The notes under the pieces were generated by a model that was not told where the DNA came from, searched no databases, and was given only the letters and a program-made list of their open reading frames with translations. A stretch of 64,000 nt of DNA from a virus (lineage: Duplodnaviria; Heunggongvirae; Uroviricota; Caudoviricetes), in IMG/VR virus record IMGVR_UViG_3300032167_000028. The stretch is one strand, 5' to 3'. Positions 36,899 to 45,025 of this stretch are shown one piece after another. Within the stretch, counting starts at the first letter, position 1. Each line of letters begins with the position of its first letter. The translations under genes and the position numbers were made by a program.

Positions 36899-37300
36899 TT
36901 ATTCACCCTTGTTTTCCTCTGCCTTGCGTGCGGCTCGGGCGGCTTCTTCGGCTTCCTTCTTTGCCTTTGCCGCGGCGGCCTTCTCTGCACGCTTCTTGGC
37001 GGCTTCCTGCTTTTCCTTTTCCTTGCGTGCCTTGTTCGCGGCTACATCTTCGAGATGTTCCTGATACTGCTGGGCTTCACCATAAGCATCATAGGCTTCG
37101 CCGGAACGATCACCACGCGGAATGGAGAGCGTGAGCTTTGCAAAGATTTCGTTACCCTCTGCATCAACAGTCGGGAAAGCAATCGCGTTACCGCTGACGC
37201 GGAGAACTTCTTCTCCTTCATCAGTAAGGAACTGTGCAAGCTGAGCAAGGATTTCGTCGCGTCGCATGTTGGTGAGCTGGGTCTTGGTGAGCTTTGCCAT
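36899..37300 (-). CDS. Lys/Ala/Glu-rich small protein (133 aa), possible distant member of family A
   Basis: ATG at 37298-37300 with GGAAGGAG RBS; C-terminus ARKEKEKQEAAKKRAEKAAAAKAKKEAEEAARAARKAEE. Confidence 0.6.
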   Translation of the reverse strand: MAKLTKTQLTNMRRDEILAQLAQFLTDEGEEVLRVSGNAIAFPTVDAEGNEIFAKLTLSIPRGDRSGEAYDAYGEAQQYQEHLEDVAANKARKEKEKQEAAKKRAEKAAAAKAKKEAEEAARAARKAEENKGE

Positions 37301-37407
37301 GTTGGTTGTCTCCTTCCTTGTTCCTTTGGAACAATAACAGTATAGCATAGTTACAGAAGTTTGTCAATAGAAAAATGAAAAAAGTTTTTAAGAAAGTCAA
37401 TTCTTTA

Positions 37408-37426
37408 TTAGATGTTCAACATCTAA
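37408..37426. repeat. 19-bp palindrome (copy 16)
   Basis: exact. Confidence 0.95.
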
Positions 37427-37547
37427 TTTTCTCAATTTTCATTTTCTATATATATTATACCACACTTGGAAACATTTTTCAATTCGCCATTTAGACAAAT
37501 ATTCAAATCTGTTTTTGTAAAAAATATACAAAAGGGTGTTGCCGCCC

Positions 37548-37931
37548 TTATGTTACATAATAGTCATAAAGTGCCGGAATATGTTCGGACATGAGACGTT
37601 CTTTCGTTTCCCATCTTGGGAAGTCAAACACGCGGAAGGATGACCCATACCATTGAATACGGATATGTTCCCAATCTTTTGTTTCGATCATTCGCATAGA
37701 AGAAACAGGGAACTTTCCACAAATAATTCCTTTTTCTTCAAAGAAACGCCAATTTTCACGCGGTTCCTTGCTTCCATAAATGGTAAACAGATTTGGAGTA
37801 TATTCTTCTACGTCTCCATTAAGGAAGGTAAACACAAAGGTCGGACGAGAATAGTACGCAGTATTCAGAGGCAAGAAGATTTTTTTAATTTTTTCCCACA
37901 TATTCAACGCTCCTTTCAGGGATTGCGGCAA
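37548..37931 (-). CDS. hypothetical protein (127 aa)
   Basis: ORF track. Confidence 0.55.
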   Translation of the reverse strand: MPQSLKGALNMWEKIKKIFLPLNTAYYSRPTFVFTFLNGDVEEYTPNLFTIYGSKEPRENWRFFEEKGIICGKFPVSSMRMIETKDWEHIRIQWYGSSFRVFDFPRWETKERLMSEHIPALYDYYVT

Positions 37932-38110
37932 ACTGTCGCAGTTTCATGTGTCCAATAGAATGTAGCCATCAGATCATTATTGGGGCTTACCCAGTGTTCC
38001 CACCAAAAACGCGGAGAGCCGCCAATATTGCCAGATTCTTCCAGATGCCAATTATTAGCAATCAATTCGTCGCGGCTTGCCTGATAGCCGTCAAAAGGTA
38101 CGATACTCAT
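37916..38110 (-). CDS. hypothetical small protein (64 aa)
   Basis: ATG 38108-38110, AAGGAG RBS. Confidence 0.5.
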   Translation of the reverse strand: MSIVPFDGYQASRDELIANNWHLEESGNIGGSPRFWWEHWVSPNNDLMATFYWTHETATVCRNP

Positions 38111-38178
38111 GTTGTGCAACTCCTTTGCTTTGTTTTCTATATTGTATCATATATGCTTTAATTTGTCAACAAGATTTA

Positions 38179-38197
38179 TTAGATGTTCAACATCTAA
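38179..38197. repeat. 19-bp palindrome (copy 17)
   Basis: exact; GCTGGAGG at 38201-38208. Confidence 0.95.
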
Positions 38198-38219
38198 AAC
38201 GCTGGAGGAGAAGAGGGGA

Positions 38220-38810
38220 TTATTCAATCCCCTCAATTGCTTCCATGATTGCTTGATGAATCTTGTGTACATTGGCGGTGATGAACTTCTGTGCCTGTTC
38301 TTCATCGCACTCATAGTAGTCCTTCTTATTCTGACAACGGTTCATGCAACGTGCGTGGTCAAAGATATTGTGCAGTGCATGTTCTGCCGCCTGTGCCTGT
38401 GCCTTGTTGGCAACTTCCATATACCACATCTTCTGAACAGGAGTAGCACGGTTGATGGTGTTATAACGCTGAATGATATCCTTGGTTTCACCCGGCTTCA
38501 CGCCGCCGGAGATGATGGAGAAGTATACCACATGCTGACCACGAAGCGGCTGACCCTGACTGCGAACCAGCTCCACGATCTCAGCCCATTCAGAGCGACA
38601 AGCCAGCTCCCACAGACGAGCTTCTTCCGGTTCCAGCATCATGGAACAGATGTCATAGGTACTCAGCTTTTCGCGGCTGTACTCGATATAGTCCTTAGTA
38701 CGCGGCTCAGCTTTACCAGAGAAACGAGACACAGCGTTATAGACCAGCTGAGCACGGGCGGTTTCAAGGTTCTGGGACTTGGTGGCAGGAGTGTAACGGT
38801 TGAAATACAT
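38220..38810 (-). CDS. T5orf172 (GIY-YIG-like) domain protein
   Basis: ATG 38808-38810 with AAGAGGT RBS; VVYFSIISGGVKPGETKDIIQRY...AEHALHNIFDHARCM...EDYYE pattern. Confidence 0.6.
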   Translation of the reverse strand: MYFNRYTPATKSQNLETARAQLVYNAVSRFSGKAEPRTKDYIEYSREKLSTYDICSMMLEPEEARLWELACRSEWAEIVELVRSQGQPLRGQHVVYFSIISGGVKPGETKDIIQRYNTINRATPVQKMWYMEVANKAQAQAAEHALHNIFDHARCMNRCQNKKDYYECDEEQAQKFITANVHKIHQAIMEAIEGIE

Positions 38811-38898
38811 AGCATTTACCTCTTTCTTTCTGGGGTGCTTCCCCTTAATTCGTATGACTAATTCTACCACAGAAACAGATAATTGTCAATAAGGTTTT

Positions 38899-38917
38899 TT
38901 AGATGTTCAACATCTAA
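38899..38917. repeat. 19-bp palindrome (copy 18)
   Basis: exact; minus promoter ATTCTA 38861-38866 / TGTCAA 38884-38889. Confidence 0.95.
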
Positions 38918-38943
38918 AAACTATAAAAGAGGAATAACTCTCG

Positions 38944-39090
38944 TTATTCCTCCATGGGTGTGACTGTGACAACCGGATCACGCATTGCCCAAAATTCGAG
39001 GGCGGTTTCGATTGCCATTTCTTCATCTTCTGCAACGCCATCCGGCAATTCGTAGTCAACACAATCTTCGATTCTGATATTAAATCTCAT
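38944..39090 (-). CDS. hypothetical small acidic protein (48 aa)
   Basis: GGGGAGG RBS; MRFNIRIEDCVDYELPDGVAEDEE... Confidence 0.45.
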   Translation of the reverse strand: MRFNIRIEDCVDYELPDGVAEDEEMAIETALEFWAMRDPVVTVTPMEE

Positions 39091-39323
39091 CTGATATATC
39101 CTCCCCTGTAAATGTTACGGTTCTTTTTTCTCTGCTCACGCTTCCACTCACGCCATGCAAGCCACGCATAATAGATGACCAGAAGCACAGTACCGATGGA
39201 CATAGACCACATGATGATGGTTAGAATCATTTCACGCGGTTCTACGAACTGACCAACCACAAGGCCGCAGAAAGCGGAAATAAGCCAAGTAAGAATGATG
39301 TCCCAAATAGTGTCATTAAGCAT
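39087..39323 (-). CDS. small membrane protein (78 aa)
   Basis: ATG 39321-39323 with AAGGGAG RBS; two predicted TM helices. Confidence 0.55.
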   Translation of the reverse strand: MLNDTIWDIILTWLISAFCGLVVGQFVEPREMILTIIMWSMSIGTVLLVIYYAWLAWREWKREQRKKNRNIYRGGYIR

Positions 39324-39390
39324 GTTTGTCAACTCCCTTTAAGTTATGATTTATTATAGCATCTATTTTTGTTTTTGTCAAGAATTAAAA

Positions 39391-39409
39391 TTAGATGTTG
39401 AACATCTAA
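39391..39409. repeat. 19-bp palindrome (copy 19, G centre)
   Basis: exact. Confidence 0.95.
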
Positions 39410-39429
39410 AAAAAGAAAGAAGTTTCTTT

Positions 39430-39696
39430 TCAGAAACTTCTACCCGCTCCACCACCGCGAGAACTGCCGCCCTTAAAACCGCTGGAGGAAGAACGATGAC
39501 GATGAGAACGATGGGAAGAATGACTGATAACATCAGACCAGAACTCAAGCATGACAATAAACTTATCAGTCCAATCCCATTCACGATTGAAAAGCCAATC
39601 GAAGATTGCCCAAATGGTTGCACATGCAACACTAAGACCAAGCAATAGACCAAAAAGAATTGCAAATGCTTTGATGAGTCCGATGAACGTTTCCAT
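39430..39696 (-). CDS. small membrane protein with Ser/Gly/Arg-rich tail (88 aa)
   Basis: AAGGGAG RBS. Confidence 0.55.
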   Translation of the reverse strand: METFIGLIKAFAILFGLLLGLSVACATIWAIFDWLFNREWDWTDKFIVMLEFWSDVISHSSHRSHRHRSSSSGFKGGSSRGGGAGRSF

Positions 39697-39763
39697 TTTA
39701 ATTGCTCCCTTCTTTTATTGATTATAGTGTAACATAATTTTTTCTTTTTGTCAATAATAAAAA

Positions 39764-39782
39764 TTAGATGTTCAACATCTAA
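39764..39782. repeat. 19-bp palindrome (copy 20)
   Basis: exact. Confidence 0.95.
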
Positions 39783-39807
39783 TAATAAAAAGAAGGTTGA
39801 CATTATG

Positions 39808-40224
39808 TCAACCCCTGTGCTTGCGAAGGAACGGATGTGCATTTACAATTGCATTAACTCTCTCCCACTTTTCCGCGGCGTCATCACGCATAGACTGATA
39901 ATTGGTATAGTATACCAAGCGTTGTTTCTTGAGAGTTTCGATTTCCTCAACAATTTCATCGCGTTCTGCTTTGGGCAACCATCGCAGTTCACTTTCTTTC
40001 TTCTCAATTTCCTTCTCATACTTGCGAACGTGCTTCATAAAATATGCACCTGCTTCCTTGTCACAAGTAGAAGCAACATGACAAGCACGAAGATATTCCG
40101 GATATTCCTTTTCAATTTTCTTGTCGATATGCTTGTAATACAAGACCATACCTACACCGCTAAGAATACCACAAAGAACAATGCCGCCAAGGATAACGAG
40201 GAAGATTACATTTTCGTAACTCAT
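39808..40224 (-). CDS. membrane-anchored protein (138 aa)
   Basis: ATG 40222-40224; N-terminal TM helix. Confidence 0.5.
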   Translation of the reverse strand: MSYENVIFLVILGGIVLCGILSGVGMVLYYKHIDKKIEKEYPEYLRACHVASTCDKEAGAYFMKHVRKYEKEIEKKESELRWLPKAERDEIVEEIETLKKQRLVYYTNYQSMRDDAAEKWERVNAIVNAHPFLRKHRG

Positions 40225-40225
40225 A

Positions 40226-40600
40226 TTATTTATCCGTCCTTTCATAATTGTAATGTTCATGAAGTTTGAAGTTGTAACCGCTGGTGGACCGAGAATCAAG
40301 CACTTTAATTTCAAGCGGCATTGTTTCTGCATCTCTATATTTTGCATAGCACGCAGAACAGACTTTCATAATGTCGGTGGCGTGGTCATTCTCCCACATA
40401 AGATAGTAAGAGTTATAACCATCGTCATCGGTAGTATAGAAGGTTTCTACAATGGTGACGTTCTCAGTATAACTTTCAACTTCTTTCATACTGTAATCAA
40501 CCACGAAGTCAAACGCGGCCTTGCCCATACAAAAGACACAAAGAAGAATACCAAGAGTACAAAGAATACTAATAAGTGTTGGGCGGTTGGTTGTTCTCAT
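40226..40600 (-). CDS. membrane-anchored protein (124 aa)
   Basis: ATG 40598-40600 with AAAGGAG RBS. Confidence 0.55.
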   Translation of the reverse strand: MRTTNRPTLISILCTLGILLCVFCMGKAAFDFVVDYSMKEVESYTENVTIVETFYTTDDDGYNSYYLMWENDHATDIMKVCSACYAKYRDAETMPLEIKVLDSRSTSGYNFKLHEHYNYERTDK

Positions 40601-40666
40601 GTTTTCAATCTCCTTTCTTGATGATAATAGTATACAATAAAATTTCAAATTTGTCAATAAATAATT

Positions 40667-40685
40667 TTAGATGTTGAACATCTAA
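40667..40685. repeat. 19-bp palindrome (copy 21, G centre)
   Basis: exact. Confidence 0.95.
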
Positions 40686-40706
40686 TTATAAAAAAGATAA
40701 GAGAGT

Positions 40707-40973
40707 TTAATCTCTCTTATCCCAACCAGTGTACATCCATGCCAACAGGATAGGCCGCACAAGGTCATCACCCGTTTCAACATCTTCAAAGGTCATGATT
40801 TCCTGTGTGTCGATGTTGCGTACAACCAACTGACAATTACTGCGATTCCACCAGAAAGACAGGTGAGCATCAGAGCACTTGAAATCCATGATGTTATTCT
40901 TGATAAGAACATCAGTAAACAGATGAGCATCGTTGATAGTGAGGAAGTTAATACGAGAATAGCTGGTGACCAT
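40707..40973 (-). CDS. hypothetical protein (88 aa)
   Basis: ORF track. Confidence 0.5.
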   Translation of the reverse strand: MVTSYSRINFLTINDAHLFTDVLIKNNIMDFKCSDAHLSFWWNRSNCQLVVRNIDTQEIMTFEDVETGDDLVRPILLAWMYTGWDKRD

Positions 40974-41039
40974 GTTTTACAACTCCTTTGTTCTTTTGAT
41001 GGTTTTATTATACCATGAGATTAGGGATTTGTCAACCCC

Positions 41040-41285
41040 TTATCTCAAAAAATATACATTTAATATTATCAGAGCGATTTGAATAATGTACAGATTCAAA
41101 TGGGTTTTGTGCCGCGTGTTTAATGCAATGCTGAGAATAGAATTTATCAAGCCCAGTATAGGTGCCCACCAATAACCCAGTACGACGAATATTACATTCA
41201 ACACGGTGAACAGGGCAGAAACGTCGCCCCATTCAAATACATACTTTTTCTTTTCAATTCCAAAGAACTCTTTTATGCTTCCCAT
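41040..41285 (-). CDS. small membrane protein (81 aa)
   Basis: hydrophobic; ORF track. Confidence 0.45.
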   Translation of the reverse strand: MGSIKEFFGIEKKKYVFEWGDVSALFTVLNVIFVVLGYWWAPILGLINSILSIALNTRHKTHLNLYIIQIALIILNVYFLR

Positions 41286-41413
41286 TCTTCTTCACATCCA
41301 TCATACCATACACGTTTAATAGTCTTGCCATCTGCGGAAATGAAATCTTCATATCCCATCCAAGAAGATTCTGCTTGCTGTTCGTCAATTTTGATCCAGT
41401 TATCAGAAGTCAT
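41273..41413 (-). CDS. hypothetical small protein (46 aa)
   Basis: ATG 41411-41413 with GAAAGGAAGG RBS. Confidence 0.4.
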   Translation of the reverse strand: MTSDNWIKIDEQQAESSWMGYEDFISADGKTIKRVWYDGCEEEWEA

Positions 41414-41564
41414 ACACAGTACCTTCCTTTCCATCCTCAAAGCCCACGCCATAGCAACCGCAAGGACTTTCATACTCTGTCCAGTTCTTGCCTGCCGCGG
41501 TCAGTTCCCATCCATCCGCGAGCATCTGAGATTCGGTGACCTTCATGCCTTTTTCATATTTCAT
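41403..41564 (-). CDS. hypothetical small protein (53 aa)
   Basis: MKYEKGMKVTESQMLADGWELTAAGKNW... Confidence 0.4.
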   Translation of the reverse strand: MKYEKGMKVTESQMLADGWELTAAGKNWTEYESPCGCYGVGFEDGKEGTVYDF

Positions 41565-41655
41565 TTATTCATCCCCTTTTTTCTTTATTCTATCATATGC
41601 TGGAGGAAATGTCAAGGGGTTATTGAAAAATATTTTTACTTCTTCTAAAAGTATA

Positions 41656-41674
41656 TTAGATGTTCAACATCTAA
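41656..41674. repeat. 19-bp palindrome (copy 22)
   Basis: exact; GCTGGAGG 41599-41606 and TGTCAA 41610-41615 about 40 bp away. Confidence 0.95.
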
Positions 41675-41694
41675 AGATGAAATTGTGGGACTGA

Positions 41695-41937
41695 TTAACA
41701 GTCCCATGTATAGCCGCCAACATAGGGGTCGAATCCTAACTCCAAATCATCCGCGGATTCAGAGCATCCATACTCTTCTTCCACATCGAAATCATCATCC
41801 CAATCCTCATAGGGATCATCGTCATCCTGATCGCACGGAGCCGGGAACATCGGGTCATCGTAGTGGCAACGCGGATAGGCTTCGTTCTCGTCCTTCCAGA
41901 AGTAGCCGCAGTTGCGGCGTTCGCATTCACTCATCAT
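41695..41937 (-). CDS. Cys-rich, highly acidic small protein (80 aa)
   Basis: ATG 41935-41937 with GGAGG RBS; MMSECERRNCGYFWKDENEAYPRCHYDDPMFPAPCDQDDDDPYEDWDDDFD. Confidence 0.55.
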   Translation of the reverse strand: MMSECERRNCGYFWKDENEAYPRCHYDDPMFPAPCDQDDDDPYEDWDDDFDVEEEYGCSESADDLELGFDPYVGGYTWDC

Positions 41938-42092
41938 GGTTTTCGTCCTCCTCTTCGTTCGTCGGGTACATCTCGTCAACCCATTCAAAACCAAATTCTT
42001 CGTATTCGGGGTGCTTCATGTTTATCGCTCCTTGCTTTCTTTTGATGGTTATATTGTACCACAGAAAAATGAAATTGTCAACACTTTTTTAT

Positions 42093-42111
42093 TAGATGTT
42101 CAACATCTAAT
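42093..42111. repeat. 19-bp palindrome (copy 23)
   Basis: exact. Confidence 0.95.
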
Positions 42112-42134
42112 TATGTCGGGGTGGTTAACCCCTG

Positions 42135-42359
42135 TTAGAAATCGTTTGTTTCATAATGTCTGAATGTACCATCGAATCTGTAATACATCACCACGAAACA
42201 ACCATTATCAAACCAAATATCAATTTCAAAGAAATCATCCTCATTACCGGTAGTATATACATCAACAACGTCCGTCATGTATTCGTAACCGTTAGCATGA
42301 AGTCGATCTGAAAGTTCCTTGAAACTGTATTGCGTAAGTTGTTCAACGAACTCTTTCAT
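42135..42359 (-). CDS. hypothetical small protein (74 aa)
   Basis: ATG 42357-42359 with AAGGAG RBS. Confidence 0.5.
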   Translation of the reverse strand: MKEFVEQLTQYSFKELSDRLHANGYEYMTDVVDVYTTGNEDDFFEIDIWFDNGCFVVMYYRFDGTFRHYETNDF

Positions 42360-42587
42360 TTTGATAACTCCTTCTAAAAGCATATTCTTCCGGCGTAAGG
42401 TTGCGAACCTTAACCACTCGGCCGCACAATCCCCGTGATACTTTAACCGCATTCAAAATGCAATCACTCTTAATATAGTACGTCAAACCATTTTGAAATG
42501 TAAGGGCGTAGTACTTCATGGAATCATCTTCTTTCCTTTTGTTGTTTATAGTCTAACATAAAAAATGAAATTTGTCAATACTTGAAA

Positions 42588-42606
42588 TTAGATGTTCAAC
42601 ATCTAA
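42588..42606. repeat. 19-bp palindrome (copy 24)
   Basis: exact. Confidence 0.95.
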
Positions 42607-42624
42607 TTATAAAAGGATTTGGTA

Positions 42625-42804
42625 TTAAACCAAATCCGCGAGTTTATTTTCTACAAAGGCGGCATCTTCAACACGGCAAGTCACCGTGATTTCACCATTG
42701 CGGAAATAAGCAAAGCAAGGAATGCGTTCTGCGATTTCATCAAGGCGTTCGTGAATCAGAGAGGAAAGGATGGTGGGATCGGCGTAAACAGAGATGGTCT
42801 TCAT
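42625..42804 (-). CDS. hypothetical small protein (59 aa)
   Basis: AAGGAGG RBS; MKTISVYADPTILSSLIHERLDEIAE... Confidence 0.5.
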   Translation of the reverse strand: MKTISVYADPTILSSLIHERLDEIAERIPCFAYFRNGEITVTCRVEDAAFVENKLADLV

Positions 42805-43132
42805 GGGGTTGCCTCCTTTAGTTTGTTTTCTTTTCTTTTTGTAATTATATTATAGCACACAAAAATGAAATTGTCAACCCCTAAAATAAAAAATTTCCCG
42901 ATGGAGTTAGCTACTCTCCATCGGGTCGCACCTCAATATATTTATCGCCCGAATCACCGCGAGGCCGTGCAGTGACCGTTTGGAACAGTTATCAAATTAT
43001 AAGGTGGGTTCGTGCGTTGGCTGTTCCCCTTCGCAAGTTGCCCTTACACTAAATCAAGTTTCATCAACTACCTTTCTTTCCTTTCGACATGTATATAATA
43101 ACACAAAATGCTGGAGGTGTCAATAGTCTTTT

Positions 43133-43151
43133 TTAGATGTTGAACATCTAA
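43133..43151. repeat. 19-bp palindrome (copy 25, G centre)
   Basis: exact; promoter spacer contains GCTGGAGG (43110-43117). Confidence 0.95.
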
Positions 43152-43172
43152 AAATAAAAAGGAAAGATGACG

Positions 43173-43445
43173 TTAGTCATCTTCCGCATTCCAACCAACA
43201 TTCACTGCAGAAACATTGGAGCAATCAATGAAGATTTCTCCTGCTTCATTGCGAATGCTCATCAGGCCATAATCAGCAACAAACTGGTCAATCAGAGTGA
43301 TGATTTCAGCTGCCGCACGACTACGCTCATTCTTCTGCTTTTCACGTTCATCCTTGAGCCTTTCAGCCGCTTCAATGAATGCGGCCAATTCATCATCAGA
43401 GCCAACAGAGAAGATGTATTCACCAATACGAACAGAGCTTTCCAT
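43173..43445 (-). CDS. hypothetical protein (90 aa)
   Basis: ATG 43443-43445 with GAGGT RBS. Confidence 0.5.
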   Translation of the reverse strand: MESSVRIGEYIFSVGSDDELAAFIEAAERLKDEREKQKNERSRAAAEIITLIDQFVADYGLMSIRNEAGEIFIDCSNVSAVNVGWNAEDD

Positions 43446-43517
43446 AGAGACTACCTCATTTCTTTCTTTTGATAGCATTATTGTAGCATATTGCAGGCTG
43501 TTTGTCAATGCAGGTTC

Positions 43518-43536
43518 TTAGACGTTCTACATCTAA
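43518..43536. repeat. degenerate palindrome TTAGACGTTCTACATCTAA (copy 26)
   Basis: 2 mismatches. Confidence 0.8.
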
Positions 43537-43559
43537 CTTTTATAAAAAAAGGATTCGCT

Positions 43560-43817
43560 TTACAGCGAATCCGTAGACAGATAACAGCTCCTAACAACAG
43601 CGTTGGCAACCTCACCAGAAAACTCAACATCTTCGAACTCGAAGATCTCTTCGCTATGCAGGTTCTCACAATGCAGCAGCAGGTTCTCATCCCACGAAAA
43701 GACCAGCACAACGTCAGTCGTTTCCAGTCGCAGGTTGTAGTGTTCATACAGTTCATCAGCAGCAGCCAGCATTTCACGCATGGTCAGGTCGAGCAGGCTC
43801 TTCTCAAAGTTCTTCAT
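43560..43817 (-). CDS. hypothetical protein (85 aa)
   Basis: GAGGT RBS. Confidence 0.5.
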   Translation of the reverse strand: MKNFEKSLLDLTMREMLAAADELYEHYNLRLETTDVVLVFSWDENLLLHCENLHSEEIFEFEDVEFSGEVANAVVRSCYLSTDSL

Positions 43818-43847
43818 AGCTTAAACCTCACTTTCAATTCTTAAGAA

Positions 43848-43871
43848 GGTGGAGAGCCTCAGCTCTCCACC
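43848..43871. terminator. hairpin GGTGGAGAGC-CTCA-GCTCTCCACC between genes
   Basis: 10-bp GC stem; overlaps gene 3' end. Confidence 0.45.
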
Positions 43872-44194
43872 ACGATATCCCAGTCCTCCAGCTGTGCGTA
43901 GATTGCACAGCACTCGGAAGCCCACACTTCCCGCGTCGTCGGCTCATAGCAGCCGAACTCGTCAGGGTCAGGAGCCCACACCTTGACCATGCCATAGCAC
44001 CAGTCGACGTAAGCCTTGACAGCCTTCTCAGCTTCATCAGCTTTTACCATGTAGAAACGGCTGTTGCTGTCGTCCATCACAGTGCAGTCATCGCCAGCTT
44101 TGAGAACACGGACGGTGATTTCTTCAGACTCAAGGTCAAAGGAAGCCAGCTTGCCTTCGCGAGTATTGAAGGTGTACTTGTTGATATTCATCAT
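43859..44194 (-). CDS. hypothetical protein (111 aa)
   Basis: AGAGAGGT RBS. Confidence 0.55.
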   Translation of the reverse strand: MMNINKYTFNTREGKLASFDLESEEITVRVLKAGDDCTVMDDSNSRFYMVKADEAEKAVKAYVDWCYGMVKVWAPDPDEFGCYEPTTREVWASECCAIYAQLEDWDIVVES

Positions 44195-44266
44195 AATAGA
44201 AACCTCTCTTTCATGTCGTAGCTTTTTGAAGGGGGAAGGGGGGGAAGGGGCTTTCGCCCCTTCCTG

Positions 44267-45025
44267 TCAGCCGTTAATCTTGACCTTTACGAGCTTGCCG
44301 GTGTCGCGGAACGTCGGCCAGTCATAGGAGTGTTCGTCGTAGATGTGGTAGAGCCAGCTGAGCTTCTTGCCAGAGTTGGCAACCGACTGGAAGTTGATGC
44401 AGGTTTCACCGTTGACCTTAAACCATGTCAGCATGTCGCCCTTGAACTCTTCCAGCCGATAAACCAGCTCATCCATCGGAAGGAAGATGCAGGGATTTTC
44501 GTCGAACTTTTCCCAGCCACGCATGGACGGGTCAAAGTACCAGACCAGCCACTTGCCAGCGTCGCAAGCGTCTGCCAGCACTTGCCAGCATTCATCAATG
44601 CTGATGCCGTTGGCAACGCAACCGCCGCCGCTTTTCAGCTCAACCACGATGCGAGACTTTTCCAGCATATCCGCCGCGTCGTCGTCGCACTGAATCGTAA
44701 TATCAGGCTGACCAGCCGGACGGCAGGCGATATCAACGATATCGAGAGCCAGCCCACGAGCCGCCGCCTTTTTGCAACGGTTGAAAGAATCAGCCGCTTT
44801 TCCGAACGTGCCAGTTGAGCCTTTTTCAGCCTGTCGGCTCAATTCGCCGCTGACGTAATTTTCCCACGCCATGCGGATTGCGTCGCCGCTAATCTGACGC
44901 TGAGAAGTGTGCTTGATGATTCCATGCTCAAACAGATCAACCGCGATTTTCGCCGCTCTGTTTTCCTTCTCTGCCTTTGCTTTTTCGCGGAGCTTTTTGC
45001 TCATCTCAAAATTCGTGTATGCCAT
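44267..45025 (-). CDS. hypothetical protein (252 aa)
   Basis: AGAAGG RBS; terminator hairpin GAAGGGGC-TTTC-GCCCCTTC downstream. Confidence 0.6.
   Translation of the reverse strand: MAYTNFEMSKKLREKAKAEKENRAAKIAVDLFEHGIIKHTSQRQISGDAIRMAWENYVSGELSRQAEKGSTGTFGKAADSFNRCKKAAARGLALDIVDIACRPAGQPDITIQCDDDAADMLEKSRIVVELKSGGGCVANGISIDECWQVLADACDAGKWLVWYFDPSMRGWEKFDENPCIFLPMDELVYRLEEFKGDMLTWFKVNGETCINFQSVANSGKKLSWLYHIYDEHSYDWPTFRDTGKLVKVKING

Noticed and set aside
26893-43536. Possibility that the 26 palindromic repeats are a CRISPR array
   Set aside because: Spacing is irregular (350-1100 bp). Each interval contains a gene with its own promoter, RBS and terminator rather than a short unique spacer. 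The repeats are perfect odd palindromes of 19 bp, and no cas genes are present.
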